A DNA stretch of 64,000 nucleotides from Carcharhinus longimanus (lineage: Eukaryota), in NCBI GenBank assembly GCA_030264375.1, contig JASCQW010000150.1, forward strand, positions 24,832,142 to 24,896,141. Direction: 5' to 3'. The notes under the pieces are model-generated. The model searched no databases. It was not told where the DNA came from and saw only the letters and a program-made list of their open reading frames with translations. Shown piece after piece: positions 1-11,490 of the stretch. The position numbers and the translations under genes are program-made. Each line of letters begins with the position of its first letter. Positions within the stretch are counted from its first letter, which is position 1.

Positions 1-115
1 GAGGGGTGTTTCTGCGCTAATTGAGAGTGTGGGGGAGTGTGTCTCTGCACTGATCGGGGGTGCAGGGGTGGGGGTGTCTCTGTGCTGATTGAGGGGGCGG
101 GGGTGTCTCTGCGCT
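1..115. repeat. Degenerate G-rich tandem repeat (about 30-35 bp, core gggggtgtctctgygctgat)
   Basis: Four imperfect copies visible, cut off by the window start. Confidence 0.6.
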
Positions 116-559
116 GGTGGAGGGTGCAGGAGAATGCAATGACTGGATGGTTTTTCGGCATCCTCCTTGGAGGATGGGGTCTCTTTGCCCCTACTCCACT
201 GCCTGGATTTGCTCGTGCTGTAAGGGGGAGAAGAAAGATTTGTTTCAGCATTCGACAGAATGCAGGATAACATTTCACTCACTGAATGTCAGGAGGTGAT
301 AACTCCAGACTGGGTTGCCTTCCCCACAGGAGTGATCCCTAACCTCCCCAGCCAGCTTGATGCATCCTCCCCCAAGGTAATAAACTCCTGGATATTGGCC
401 AGTCTGGGATCTTTCCCTCCTGTCTGGGAAAGCTCGGCCTGCATGAAGACAATTCAAAGGGACAGAGGAGAGGATGGACAACATGAACACCTCCTGTATG
501 TGGTGAGGCCTCTGCGGTAAGGGCTGAAGATGGAGTTTGTGCAACATGATGGATAAGAT

Positions 560-1480
560 GGTGGCAGTGTTAGTGTCCGTGAGTGCATTGGTACTGCCAT
601 TTGTCCCCTTTTTATTGTGCGAGATCCCTGAGCAAAGTGCATGATACTATGACATGAGGTGTCAGATCGGAGTGAACTGAAGGTTGACGTACCCGGGTAG
701 AGCGGATGTGATCATTCAACCTCTTCCTACACTGTGTTACATTTCGAGGCCCAACATACCCATTGTGCCCGCCTCCCAGGCTGACGAGGTGAGGCTGGTG
801 GGTTTCCTGAAGCCTGAGGTATAGGACATCCCATTGCTCATTAACTCCTCTTATCGAAGCCTCGAGGGGGCCATGGCTAAACCTCGGTGTAGTCTCTTTC
901 TTCCTCTTCTGCTCCGAGATATCTGTGGATCTCCTGGGGGCAGGTGGATTGGAGAGAGGAATGTGTGTTTGGGTGGCATTTGAACATGGCGACCGGACTT
1001 TCAGCTCCACCAGATGATGGTGGGGCAGGCGAATCCATTCTCGACCCACATTGTGATTTGGACAGGTGCTTGCCGATGAGTAATTAATTAGCTTCCGAGA
1101 TGTGAATTCCCATTCCTCCAGCGAGCAGGAAACCTGCCGCAGAACCTGTCGTCATAGAATTTAGTTTCAGAAATGGCGGATAGGAGGGTCTTGGGTGGGG
1201 GTCACTGCAGGCAGGAAGGGCAGGAGTCAGGGGCCCTTCCTTTTTGATGCTGGGTCTCTTAGTCCAGCATCGAGTGAACAAGAGACCCTCACCCACCTGG
1301 GAGCCCACCAGCAAACACCCCAGCCGCAGTGGGATGAGGCTGTTCAGTGGGCAAGCCTTTCCACCACAGGCCTAAACAGGGTGAAGGTGGGTAAATGACA
1401 GGGTCACCACACTCTCGCCCAATTCAATGGCCCACCCCCAATCGCATATTCACCACCGGGGCGGGCGGAAGATTTGTGCC
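560..1480 (-). mobile_element. Degenerate PIF/Harbinger-like transposon relic with a Myb/SANT-like coding remnant
   Basis: The minus strand reads PRFS..LE...V....DVLY...(AWE in a shifted frame)...RNVTQCRKRLNDHIRSTR, resembling the NAIF1/Harbinger Myb domain. The end at 1462-1480 resembles the GGGC(A/T)GAATT-type termini of MITEs elsewhere in the window. Confidence 0.55.
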
Positions 1481-1605
1481 TGGTTTTGAGAGGTGGGCTT
1501 GAGCTTTCGGGTGAATTGTCTGTCCGAACCTAACAGTATGTTGGTCCAAAAAGTTCATGGAACTCTTAATCGGTAATGCGAGACGTGACAGAGTGGGGTG
1601 GGGGG

Positions 1606-2035
1606 GTCGGCATGGCGGCATTGTGGTTAGCACTGCTGCCTCACAGCGCTTAGAACCTGGGTTCAATTCCTGCCTCAGGTCACTATCTGTGTGGAGACTG
1701 CACATTCTCCCTGTGTCTGTATGGGTTTCCTCTGGAAGCCCCGGTTTCTTCCCACAATCCAACGATGTGTGGGTCAGGTGGGNNNNNNNNNNNNNNNNNN
1801 NNNNNNNNNNNNNNNNNNNNNNNNNNNNNNNNNNNNNNNNNNNNNNNNNNNNNNNNNNNNNNNNNNNNNNNNNNNNNNNNNNGGTGGGCTGGCCATGCTA
1901 GATTGCCCCTTAGTGTCAAGGGGATTAGCAGGGGAAGTACATGGGGTTATGGAGATAGGGCCGGGGTGGGATTGTAGTTGGTGCAAGCTCGATGGGTCGA
2001 ATGGCCTCCTTCTGCACTATAGGGATTCTGTTCTA
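1606..2035 (+). mobile_element. V-SINE (HE1-like), CR1-type tail, contains a gap
   Basis: tRNA-like head with B box ggttcaattcc; V-domain tgtggag...gggtttcctc...ggtttcttcccaca; tail gatgggtcgaatggcctccttctgcactatagggattct. Confidence 0.85.
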
Positions 2036-2355
2036 AGTCTAGAAACCGCTACCCACAGGATAAATACACATTTATACCTTCTTTACATTGAGACATTGGC
2101 AAAATTCTGGGCAACTGTTCAATAAACATAATTTCAGAAAAGGAGAAATTTTGCTGGTAGCAGGCAATATCCTCTAATTGACTGAAATCACAAAGTCAGT
2201 GTAACTGACCCAAGGATCTACTGATAAATAATTAACCTCAGTGACAGATTCTGTTTGATATTGTTCATGTGAGGCTTCCCGAAACACGTTAAAGGTGCTA
2301 TAGAAATGTAAGTTGTTGTTGTTTTCAACCATTGACCCACATGTAGTAGACTACA

Positions 2356-2665
2356 GGGCAGCACGGTGGCACAGTGCTTAGCACTGCTGCATCACAAAGC
2401 CAGGGACCCGGGTTCAATTCCTGGCTTTGGGTCACTGTCTGTGTGGAATCTGCACATTCTCCCCATGTCTACATGGGTTTCCTCCGGGTACCCCAGTTTC
2501 CTCTCGTAGTCCGAAAAGATGTGCTGTTTAGGTGCATTGGCCATGCTAAATTCCCCCTCAGTGTACCCCAACAGGTGCTGGAGTGCAGCGACTAGGGGAT
2601 TTTCACAGTAACTTCATTGCAGTATTAATGTAAGCCAACTTGTGACAATAATAAATAAACTTAAA
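2356..2665 (+). mobile_element. V-SINE with the alternative tail (..gtaagccaacttgtgacaataataaataaac)
   Basis: Same head and V-domain as the other copies, different 3' tail. Confidence 0.85.
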
Positions 2666-3284
2666 TTTAGGAAGGTTCCTCTGCTCCAATTTTCAACAAA
2701 AAGTTTCAATGAACTCAATCAAAGAAGTGAAGCTGTAATGGTTCTGGGGATTGTCGGTAATGGGTTAAGATGAAATTCCTTTAGTGTGCTATTTTAATGA
2801 AGAGTTGATGCTGTTCGAAATGAATGGATTTAATCACCAGAGAATTTATTACAAAGTGTGATTTTAACTTGAATGAGTCTGTGCACTTTACAGAAGCGAT
2901 TGATTTAAGGAGAGTGCTGTTCACTTCCTTTTATTGCAATTTCTCTTTGGTTCTGTTACATTATTCACAATTACATTCATAATATTCAGTTCTGATTCTC
3001 CACTACCAGTTCCTGAAACCCCTCCCCGTGGGACTTGGCAGATGTCTTGTTCCACATATCTCCGGGCCTTCCCAATTTGGAATGTTTCTTGGGATCTGAA
3101 TGTGAGAGAGGAGGAAGTGAGCGAGTAAAGCTAGCCTTTAATCGTTGATGTGTTTTGAGATGTTTTTAATGCATTTGGAGTGTTTTGCTCTGCAGTGGAT
3201 AGGAGAGTGCTCTTGAAGTCAAGTGGATAACCTCGCACCTAAAGAGGATACTGTCATTCTATGCCTGCCTCTCCTGGAGCAGAT

Positions 3285-4015
3285 ATGTTGTCAAGTTATC
3301 CACTTTGGGAGCAAAAGTAGTAAGGCACTTCACTCTCTGAATAACCACAAATTAGCAGAGGGGAATGTGTGACAAGACCTGGTGTCCTCGTACATCAGTC
3401 ACTGAAGGTACGCATGCAGGTGCACAGGCAGTAAAAAAGGCAAATGCTATACAGGCCTTCATAGCAAGAGTCCAGGGGCAGGGATGTCTCGCTTGGTGAG
3501 ACCACAGCTGGAATATTGTGCACAGTTTTGTTCTCCTTATCTGAACAAAATTGTTCTTGCTCTTGAGAGTGCAGAAAAGGTTTACCAGACTGATTCCTGG
3601 GATGGCAAGACTGACATATAAGAAGAGATTAAGTTGCTTAGGATTGTATTCACTGGAGTTCAGAAGAATAAGGGGAATCTCATAGAAACCTAAAAATTCT
3701 AACTGGGCTTGACAGGATAGATGCAGGAGGGGTGTTCCTTCGGTTCACAGTCTAAGGATACAGGGCAGACCATCTAGAACAGAGATGAGGAGAAATTTCT
3801 CCACCCAGAGTGGTCAGCCTGTGGAATTCGCTACCACACAAAGCAGTTGAGGTCAAAACATTGGATGTTTTCAAGAAACAGTTAGATTTGCGGCGAAGGG
3901 GATCAAAGTTGTTGGGGGAAGGTGGGATTAGGCTGTTGAGTTGGATGATCAGCCATGATCTCAGTGAATGGTGGAGCAAGCTCATCGGGTCGAATGGCCT
4001 CCTTCTGTTCCTATT
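3285..4015 (+). mobile_element. CR1 LINE (HER1-like) 3' fragment
   Basis: Decayed ORF2 C-terminus (LVRPQLEYCAQFCSP; VVSLWNSLP) and tail gaatggcctccttctgttcc. Confidence 0.85.
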
Positions 4016-4590
4016 TTACAAGTCAAAACCCAAAGCTGCCCTGAGAATTGAACCGGGTGGATGATATTGAATGATGATGATTGAGTCTTAAAAGTGGCTT
4101 GTTCTAGAAATGCATTCTGGGTGTGTAGCTGTGTCCTTTGGCCACGTTGGCATCTGGTACCTCATGGTAATGTTACAGCTTATTCTATCGCAGTGGCATG
4201 AGCCCCGCCCCTACTAATGGATCCTCCATTCAAACTCACTGAGAAAATTTCTCTCTTTTTAAATTGAAATCCCTTTAATTCTGAGCAGCAGAGAATTTTA
4301 CCCGCATCTAAATGTATCAAAAGATAAACATATAAAGGATTTGTGTGTTTCTGGTTCATCAAAATACCAAAGGTTCTTCCAGATTCATGTGTTGTTTTAT
4401 TTGTTTTAAGTCCCACTGATCTCTTTGGGCCAACATGTTAGGCCGGGGACAGAGAATTCATCCTAAGGCTCAGTCCCATCCCTTTTTGACATAAAGGGGA
4501 GAAGTCTATGCCCTTTTCTCATGGCTTGCTTTGTCAGCCTGGAGGCAGGGGAATGGATTTCATGTTTATCTCCTTTATTCTGTTTCCTAG

Positions 4591-4793
4591 ATGTATCGAC
4601 TGTCCTAGCGCTGGTTCAAAAATATGTTTCCAATGCACGTCTTGTGGAAGATTTTGGACACGAAATGACTTATGTTTTACCCTATGTTGGGGCAAAAGAT
4701 GGCGCTTTTGTGGAACTCTTCCAGGAATTGGACAGCCGTCTCTGTGAGCTCGGAATTTCCAGCTACGGGATCTCGGACACCAGCCTCGAAGAG
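4591..4793 (+). CDS. ABCA7: ABCA1/7-like exon (203 bp), regulatory domain R1
   Basis: cctag|AT...GAG|gtgagt; [31 protein letters not shown]...[14 protein letters not shown]. Confidence 0.95.
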
Positions 4794-4859
4794 GTGAGTG
4801 CATCGAGGGATGGGCTAAAAGATGGTGATGTTCTGGCAATGCCTCATTTGTTTTTTTGA

Positions 4860-5240
4860 TGTTCTCGTGCCAGTGTCCAAATCTCTTCTTGGCTTTATTG
4901 CCCCCCCCATCTCTCTAACCTCCACCCATTCTACAACCGTCAAGATCTCTACGTTCCTCCAATTCTGGCCTCCTGCCCATTTGCTATTCTCTTCTCTTTG
5001 CTTTGGCATTCGCAACTTTGTCTTCAACCGTCTAGGCCCCAGGTTTGGAGTTCACTGCTAAACCTTCCCAGCTCACTACCACCCTCACTCTTTCTTTCCT
5101 TCCTCCTTTTTAATAAGATGCTCATTCGAAGCTCCTTCATTATCAAGTTATCCCCACAGGGAGCTCAATGTCAAATGTATCCATATAGCCTCTTTAGTGA
5201 AGTGGAATATCCCAGAGCACTTCACAAGAGTGTTACTTTG
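4860..5240 (+). mobile_element. Old L2-like LINE 3' fragment
   Basis: Pyrimidine-rich decayed sequence (ttcaaccgtctaggccccagg-tttggagttcactgctaaacc) similar to 50660-51230. Confidence 0.45.
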
Positions 5241-5477
5241 TTTTCTTTAGTGGGGGCGGCGGGGAGCAAAGGGGGGATAAAACTGAACATTTCTAGTGGT
5301 CTTTATTGACTTTGGAAGAAAGAACTTCCTTTTCTGACATCTATCATGGTCTCCACACATGATTAATGAATTGCAATTAAATGTGTTTGTTTTTATAAAT
5401 GTTGGGTTTCTTGAGTTGAAAGGAGAACGTTTTCCCACACCAGGCCCCTCCATGGCTTCCCCTTATTTCCCATGACC

Positions 5478-5778
5478 TCATAGAATCCCTACAGTGCAGA
5501 AGAAGACCATTTGGCCCATCACATCTATACTGACCACAATCCCTCTCAGGCACTATTCCTGCAACTGCACACGAATCCCCCTTATACTAGAGTCAATTTA
5601 ACATGGCCAATCAATCTAACCCGCTCATCTTCAGATGTGGGAGGGAACCGGAGCACCCGGAGGAAGCAGACATGGAGAGAGTGTGCAAACTCCGGACAGA
5701 CAGTGACCCAAGCCGGGAATTGAACCTGGGACCCTGGCGCTGTGAGGCAGCAGTGCTAACCACTGTGCCCCCGCGCCG
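5478..5778 (-). mobile_element. V-SINE (HE1-like)
   Basis: Reverse complement of head, V-domain and CR1-type tail (catagaatccctacagtgcag...gtgaggcagcagtgctaaccactgtgcc). Confidence 0.85.
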
Positions 5779-6394
5779 ACCTAATTATTTTAAACTTCTG
5801 CCTTCTGATTACCAGACCTCCTGTGAATGGAAACAGTTTTTCCTCATTTAATTTTCGTTTACGCATATCTTACAACCACACTGGTACTTTTGAAGAAATT
5901 GGGGTGGGGGGGGAGAGGTGGGTGCTTTGTGCTGGAAGAGTGGGTTGGAGGAAATTCCCTCCCTTGCGTTCCTGCAACCTGCAGACCCTGGAGATATTTG
6001 CCTTGTCAATCTGGACTGGATTAGAGCCCAAAATGAAAAGATCAGCCGGTCACTAACATTTAGTTTACACCTTGACGATTAACAGTGGAGAGAGTTAGAA
6101 AGTCACAGGGTTGAAGATCAGATTGGAAAGGGAGTTCTTTAGGAGAGGGTTCATAGTTTGATAACTCGCTCACTGGCTTCTGATAGTTGATGCCATGCTG
6201 TTTGTGCATTTACTCATATTACTGCTGTTTGTTGTCACGCTTAATGATGTGCAACAGATGGATTAAATTACAGCGCTGTTTCTCCAACGCCTTAAAATCT
6301 ATTATCCCATCATCGCTTTTTTAAATCTACTGTCTTTCTTGAAATTGACAACATTTTCTGTAACCTGGCAAAGTTTGGTAACTCTAACTTCTGA

Positions 6395-7000
6395 TCATAT
6401 GGTTCTGGGTTCAAGTCCCACTCCGAAACTTAAACACAAAATACAAGGCTGACCCCACACTGCTGAGGGAGTGCCGCGCTGTCGGAGGGTCAGTGCTGAG
6501 GGAGTGCCGCGCTGTCGGAGGGTCAGTGCTGAGGGAGTGCCGCGCTGTCGGAGGGNNNNNNNNNNNNNNNNNNNNNNNNNNNNNNNNNNNNNNNNNNNNN
6601 NNNNNNNNNNNNNNNNNNNNNNNNNNNNNNNNNNNNNNNNNNNNNNNNNNNNNNNGGAGTGCCGCACTGTCGGAGGGTCAGTGCCGAGGGAGTGCCGCAC
6701 TGTCGGAGGGTCAGTGCCGAGGGAGTGCCGCACTGTCGGAGGGTCAGTGCCGAGGGAGTGCCGCACTGTCGGAGGGTCAGTGCCGAGGGAGTGCCGCAGT
6801 GCTGAGGGAGTGCCGCACTGTCGGAGGGTCAGTGCTGAGGGAGTGCCGCGCTGTGGGAAATGCCCTTTTTTTTTATATATAAGACATTAAACCCAAGGCC
6901 CCTCTGTCTGATTGGGGCATTGTAAAAGATCCTCAGCACTATTTTGAACAGAGCAGGGCAGTTATCCCCAGCATCAGGAGGAATATTTCCACAGAAAGGT
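6395..7000 (+). mobile_element. Deu-domain SINE (SacSINE1/AmnSINE1-like) containing an internal minisatellite
   Basis: B box gggttcaagtccc; Deu core pieces gctgagggagtgccgc(a)ctgtcggagg, agacattaaacccaaggcccc, gtaaaagatcc..gcactattttgaa..gagcaggg. Confidence 0.7.
6461..6853 (+). repeat. 33-bp minisatellite gtgc(t/c)gagggagtgccgc(a/g)ctgtcggagggtca, interrupted by a gap
   Basis: About 8 visible units on either side of a 100-N gap; gives an 11-aa period in the ORF track. Confidence 0.95.
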
Positions 7001-7023
7001 AATTGTTGTTCATGGGAGTTTAA

Positions 7024-7305
7024 ATCATAGAATCCCTACAGTGCAGGAGGAGGCCATTCAGCCCATCAAGTCTGCTCTGGCCCTCCAACAGAGCATCTTA
7101 ACCAGGTTCAGTCTCCGTAACCCTACAAATTTACCATGCTATTCCCCCTAACCTACACATCTTTGCACTGTGGGAGGAAGCTGGAGTACCCAGAGGAAAC
7201 CCAGGCAGACACAGGGAGAATGTGTAAACTCTGCACAGTGACCCAAGCCTGGAATTGAACCGCTGTCCCTGGTGCTGTGAGGCAGCAGTGCTAACCACTG
7301 TGCCA
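7024..7305 (-). mobile_element. V-SINE (HE1-like)
   Basis: Reverse-strand head, V-domain and CR1-type tail. Confidence 0.85.
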
Positions 7306-7450
7306 AAGTGGCTGTCTTGTTTCATATGTTACTTAAAAGTACTTAATTGTTTATAAATACTTTGAGACGTCCAGTAGCTGTAGAAGTTCTTATATAAATG
7401 CAAGTCTTTCTTATAATCGATACAGTTGTAACGTGTGGTATGTTTTCCAG

Positions 7451-7499
7451 ATTTTTCTCAAAGTGGCTGAAAGCACAGGAGTGGACAGTGATGTTGCAG
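7451..7499 (+). CDS. ABCA7: ABCA1/7-like exon (49 bp)
   Basis: tccag|ATT...GCAG|gtaatt; IFLKVAESTGVDSDVA. Confidence 0.93.
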
Positions 7500-8659
7500 G
7501 TAATTTTAAAGACGATCATTTTACATTTTCCAATCATTCTCAATCACTCATCACCAATATTTCTTCTATTTAGGAAAGCTTAGTTAGAGGCCTCAGGGCT
7601 CATCCCCAACCCGTGTTGAGTTTTGGTCAGGGTGGCAGTAGAGATGTTACAGTCAGACTAAGGCAAAAAATAACTTGTAACAAAAAGCAAATCAGCATGT
7701 TGGAGCTATGCTATATGTCTTTGAATTGATGATGTCCCATTTGACAGAGATGCATTAATTTATATTGCTTCTTTAGATACATGCATGTATGTTTTGTTGT
7801 ACAGTATACGCATGATGTGCTATAAGAGTAGCAAGCTTGAGATGGAAAACAGGACTTGGGTTCTCAAAGCTCGCTACACCTGGGGTTTTCCAGGTACCCT
7901 TTCCAGATCTGTTGTGTTGCCACGGTTAGTCAGTAACTCCATTTTCATTGTATCGTGCTGCTACCAACATCGTAGTCAGTGAGCTATTTGGACTTGTTAT
8001 TGGCGCTGCCGGCACTGAATTTGGAGGCAGGCCTGTGTATGAGTATTGCATATACCACTCTGCAGCAGAACCAGAGGACCTAGCTGTGACATCTGATTTA
8101 CCTCTCCACTCTTGCTTGGAGATCTTCTCATTTAAGGATCTGGGGCATCTGCAGCGTTGGACAGTTTTGCTTCATTACATTCATCTGAGTTGCTGAATGA
8201 TGGAGGATGGAATATGTTAAATCATCAGGATTGCAAGTTACAACTAGCATTTCCTTTTAAGGAATGCGCACCTACACAGCAATCCAGAATGTACCGTACA
8301 GGTTGCACACAACCAGTGTTCACTTTCAAATGGAGCCTGCTAGGGCAGTATTAAAGGGACCATGCAGTGCAGCAAACAGGCTCACTCACAGCCAGGATTT
8401 GTCAGGAGTCCATTGTAGCAACAAGAGTTTTGGTTCTGAGGCGGGATTTCGTGCTGGGCCAGGTTTGGCTATTTGTCAATTATCGGAGCAAATGGAGGTC
8501 AGTTTATTTGAGTCAAACACTTGCATGTGATTTGGATCCGTCAGCTGAAAGGGCTTCCCTTCATCCTCCGCACCACCGTGACTTCTCGCAGTCTGATTTA
8601 CTCCCGATTTATTTGCGTCACTTTTCGGAATCCTTTACTATATTCCTTGAATCTTGCAG

Positions 8660-8764
8660 ATGGAAATGTCCCCATTAGAAGAGTCCGATGTTCGAGGTCC
8701 AGTGAGCACACACTGCAGCCGGTCAGTGAGGAGGGAGATTTTGAGATGCCTGAACCAGAACCCG
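8660..8764 (+). CDS. ABCA7: ABCA1/7-like exon (105 bp), PEST-like linker
   Basis: tgcag|AT...CCCG|gtaatg; DGNVPIRRVRCSRSSEHTLQPVSEEGDFEMPEPEP; phase 1-1 fits both neighbours. Confidence 0.85.
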
Positions 8765-9159
8765 GTAATGTACTAAACGACTCTGATCGCTTCTGGGGGT
8801 AAATTGTCGGACCTTCTATCTGACTAACGTGTTACTAAACTACACGGGCTGGAAAGGAGCGAGTGTTAATACCCAGGCCATTAGCTCTTTCCACCTGGGG
8901 TGATAGTCATAGTAGGATGTTGGGCCATTATGATCCTGATCTCCTGATCCTGATGCTATCCCGTTGGACTTGACAGCGTCCCACTCTCAATGCTGAATAG
9001 CCTTGTCAGTGATTACTGTCTAAACCCTCAAACCAAAGCAGTAGTAGCCAAGAGGGAAAGGAAAGGGCGACAATGAATGGAGATGAAGGAATGACCCACA
9101 TGCCTTGGAAATCCTTTTCAGAATCCAAAGGGCTAAAGTTTAAACTTCACAGCCAGACA

Positions 9160-9440
9160 ATAGGCTTACATTAATACTGCAATAAAGTTACTTAAAAATC
9201 CCCTAGTCGCCACACTCCAGTGCCTGTTTGGATGCACTGAAGGAGAATTTAGCATGGCCGATGCACCTAACCAACACATCTTTCCGACTGTGGGAGGAAA
9301 CTGGAGCGCCTGGATGAAACCCACACAGACTCGGGGAGAATGTGTAAACTCCACACAGACTGCGACCCAAGCCAGAAATTGAACCCGATTCCCTGGCAGT
9401 GCGAGGCAGCCATGCTGACCCCTGTGCCACCATGCCGCAC
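9160..9440 (-). mobile_element. V-SINE, alternative tail
   Basis: taggcttacattaatactgcaat...ggcagccatgctgacccctgtgccaccatgccgc. Confidence 0.8.
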
Positions 9441-10055
9441 CAGGGAAGGCAGTGGAAAGTCTTTCTGCTCTGATCATTTGGTAGCATGAGCAGCAACAAT
9501 GCTGGAAAATGCTGAGCACAGGAAAATCTGAGGAGGGGGTGTGGAGGAGGAGATTCCTGATCTGGAACGCCTCTGGAAACATCACGGTGGCCAGCCTCAG
9601 GAAGTTCTGGTCGGAGAGCGGCCTGAGTGGCCCCCTCAGCCAGACAGACTAAAAACAACAGAGTAAAATGACAAGAAGTGAAAATGCTTCATTAAAATCT
9701 TAAGGATTAATCATAAAAAGAATGCGCTGTATTTTTCCCAATTGCTGTTAGTATCCAAATTTCACATGAAGAATGCTGCTAAATTTAGGGGCCTCCACCA
9801 TTTTTGTTCCAATTGTGGTAAAAGTGCGTGCCTGGGAATTTGGCACAAATTCAAGGTTATGACATGAAGTTTATTTCCTAAATGTTTTTATATTGAACAT
9901 AATGTTTCTGTCTTTTTCTAATGCTTTCCAAATGTCAGTAAAAAGGAGTGTCCGAACGAAAGGTATGACTTAATATCAATTGGTTACAGTTGTGATTGAC
10001 ATCAAACTGTTAGGAGTGTGCACAGAACCTGAAAGGGAAGCTGCTTTTATACAAT

Positions 10056-10395
10056 CTTAGAATCCCTACAGTGCAGAGGAGGCCATTCAGTCCATTAAGG
10101 CCTGCACTAACTCTCTGACTGAGTATCTTACCCAGACCACCTCCTCCACCCTATTCCCATAACCCAACCATTTCCCATGGCTAATCACTCTAATCTACAC
10201 ATTTTGAGACAATTTAGCATGGCCAATCCACCCCAACCTGCATGTCCTTTTAGACTGTGGAAAGAAACCAGAGCACCCAGAGGAAACCCATGCAGACATG
10301 GGGAGAACATGCAAACTCCACACAGACAGTGACCCGAGGCCGGCATCGAACCTGGAGCTGTGAGGCAGCAGTGCTAACCACTCCACCACCATGCC
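10056..10395 (-). mobile_element. V-SINE (HE1-like)
   Basis: Full-length reverse copy. Confidence 0.85.
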
Positions 10396-10786
10396 ATCCC
10401 TTTGAGCGTAGAGCCTCCTGTATTTGTCCAGTACATAAATTAATTAGTTCTTTAGAGTAACATTTGAGCAAGAAATTGATCATCAGTGACAGGTTTAAGG
10501 TTGTGTGGTCTGTACTGATCTCGAATGGGACTGACACTGGGGAACTCTGTCCCTGGTTTAAAGAGAAGAAACCTGACCAGCGATTCCCGATCGTGATTTC
10601 ATTGGAATCTGCCCCTGTGTAGTTGACTGTGACATTCCGAATGGAAACTTGATGTTTATCTTGCCTTTGAAGGATGGCTGCTTTGGGAAGATCTACGCAG
10701 GTGCCCGGTACCTGGGGAAGTGAGAAACAGGACGAGAACATTTGAAGAGCATTTGAGATATTTTTAAATTAATAATTTTAACTATA

Positions 10787-11102
10787 CGGGGTGGCATGGT
10801 AGCACAGTGGTTAGCACTGCTGCTTCACAGCTCCGGGGACCTGGGTTCAATTCCCAGCTTGGGTTACTGTCTGTGTGGAGTTTGCACATTCCCCCCTTGT
10901 CTCACAGTCCAAAGATTTGCGGGTTAGGTTAATTGGCCATGCTAAAATTGCCCCTTAATGTTCTGAGATGTGTAGGTTAGCGGGATCAGCAGTGAAATAT
11001 GCAGGGATGTGGGGGTAGGGAATGGGTGGGATTGTGGTCGGTGCAGACTCGATGGGCCAAATGGCCTCTTTCTGCACTGTAGGGTTTCTGTGGTTCTATG
11101 AT
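10787..11102 (+). mobile_element. V-SINE (HE1-like)
   Basis: ggtggcatggtagcacagtggttagcactgctgc...gactcgatgggccaaatggcctctttctgcactgtaggg. Confidence 0.85.
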
Positions 11103-11239
11103 TTTCTTAACTGCACCTTCAGCACTGAACACCTGAGCTCGGTCCAAGAACAAAACCACCAGAGTACCAGTTCAACATTACTGAGGGGAATTTTAGAAGC
11201 TAAAACAACACAGAAGGAAATCAGTTTGTGTTTAAAAGC

Positions 11240-11365
11240 AAAACGCTGCACGTGCTGGAAATCTGAAATGAAAACATGAAATTGGATAAACTCAGTGGGT
11301 CTGGCAGCCTCTGTGGAGAGAGAAGTTAATTTTTTGTGTCCAATGTGACTCTTCTACAGAACTCA
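11240..11365 (-). mobile_element. Penelope-like terminal fragment (degenerate hammerhead region)
   Basis: tgctggaaatctgaaa...ctggcagcctctgtggagagag...gtgactcttctacagaac; homologous to 30890-31010 and 51262-51366. Confidence 0.55.
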
Positions 11366-11490
11366 ATTACTGTTGGATGATTTGCAATCTTTGCTAACCT
11401 AGTAATTTTCAGACTGGGGTTATTTTATAATATATTAAGGTAAAAGATTCACCGTTCCATAATAAAAGTTTGCTTTGAACCTTTGCTTAG

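Noticed and set aside
2356-2430. tRNA-like A/B boxes as tRNA genes
   Set aside because: They are SINE heads that continue into the V-domain, with no complete cloverleaf.
1-4590. Search for the preceding short ABCA exon
   Set aside because: I found no convincing candidate with matching peptide and splice sites; it probably lies upstream of the window.
6461-6853. 33-bp and 36-bp repeats as possible CRISPR arrays or repeat proteins
   Set aside because: Units are head-to-tail with no unique spacers, the context is a eukaryotic intron, and there are no cas genes. The ORFs reflect stop-free units of a length divisible by 3.
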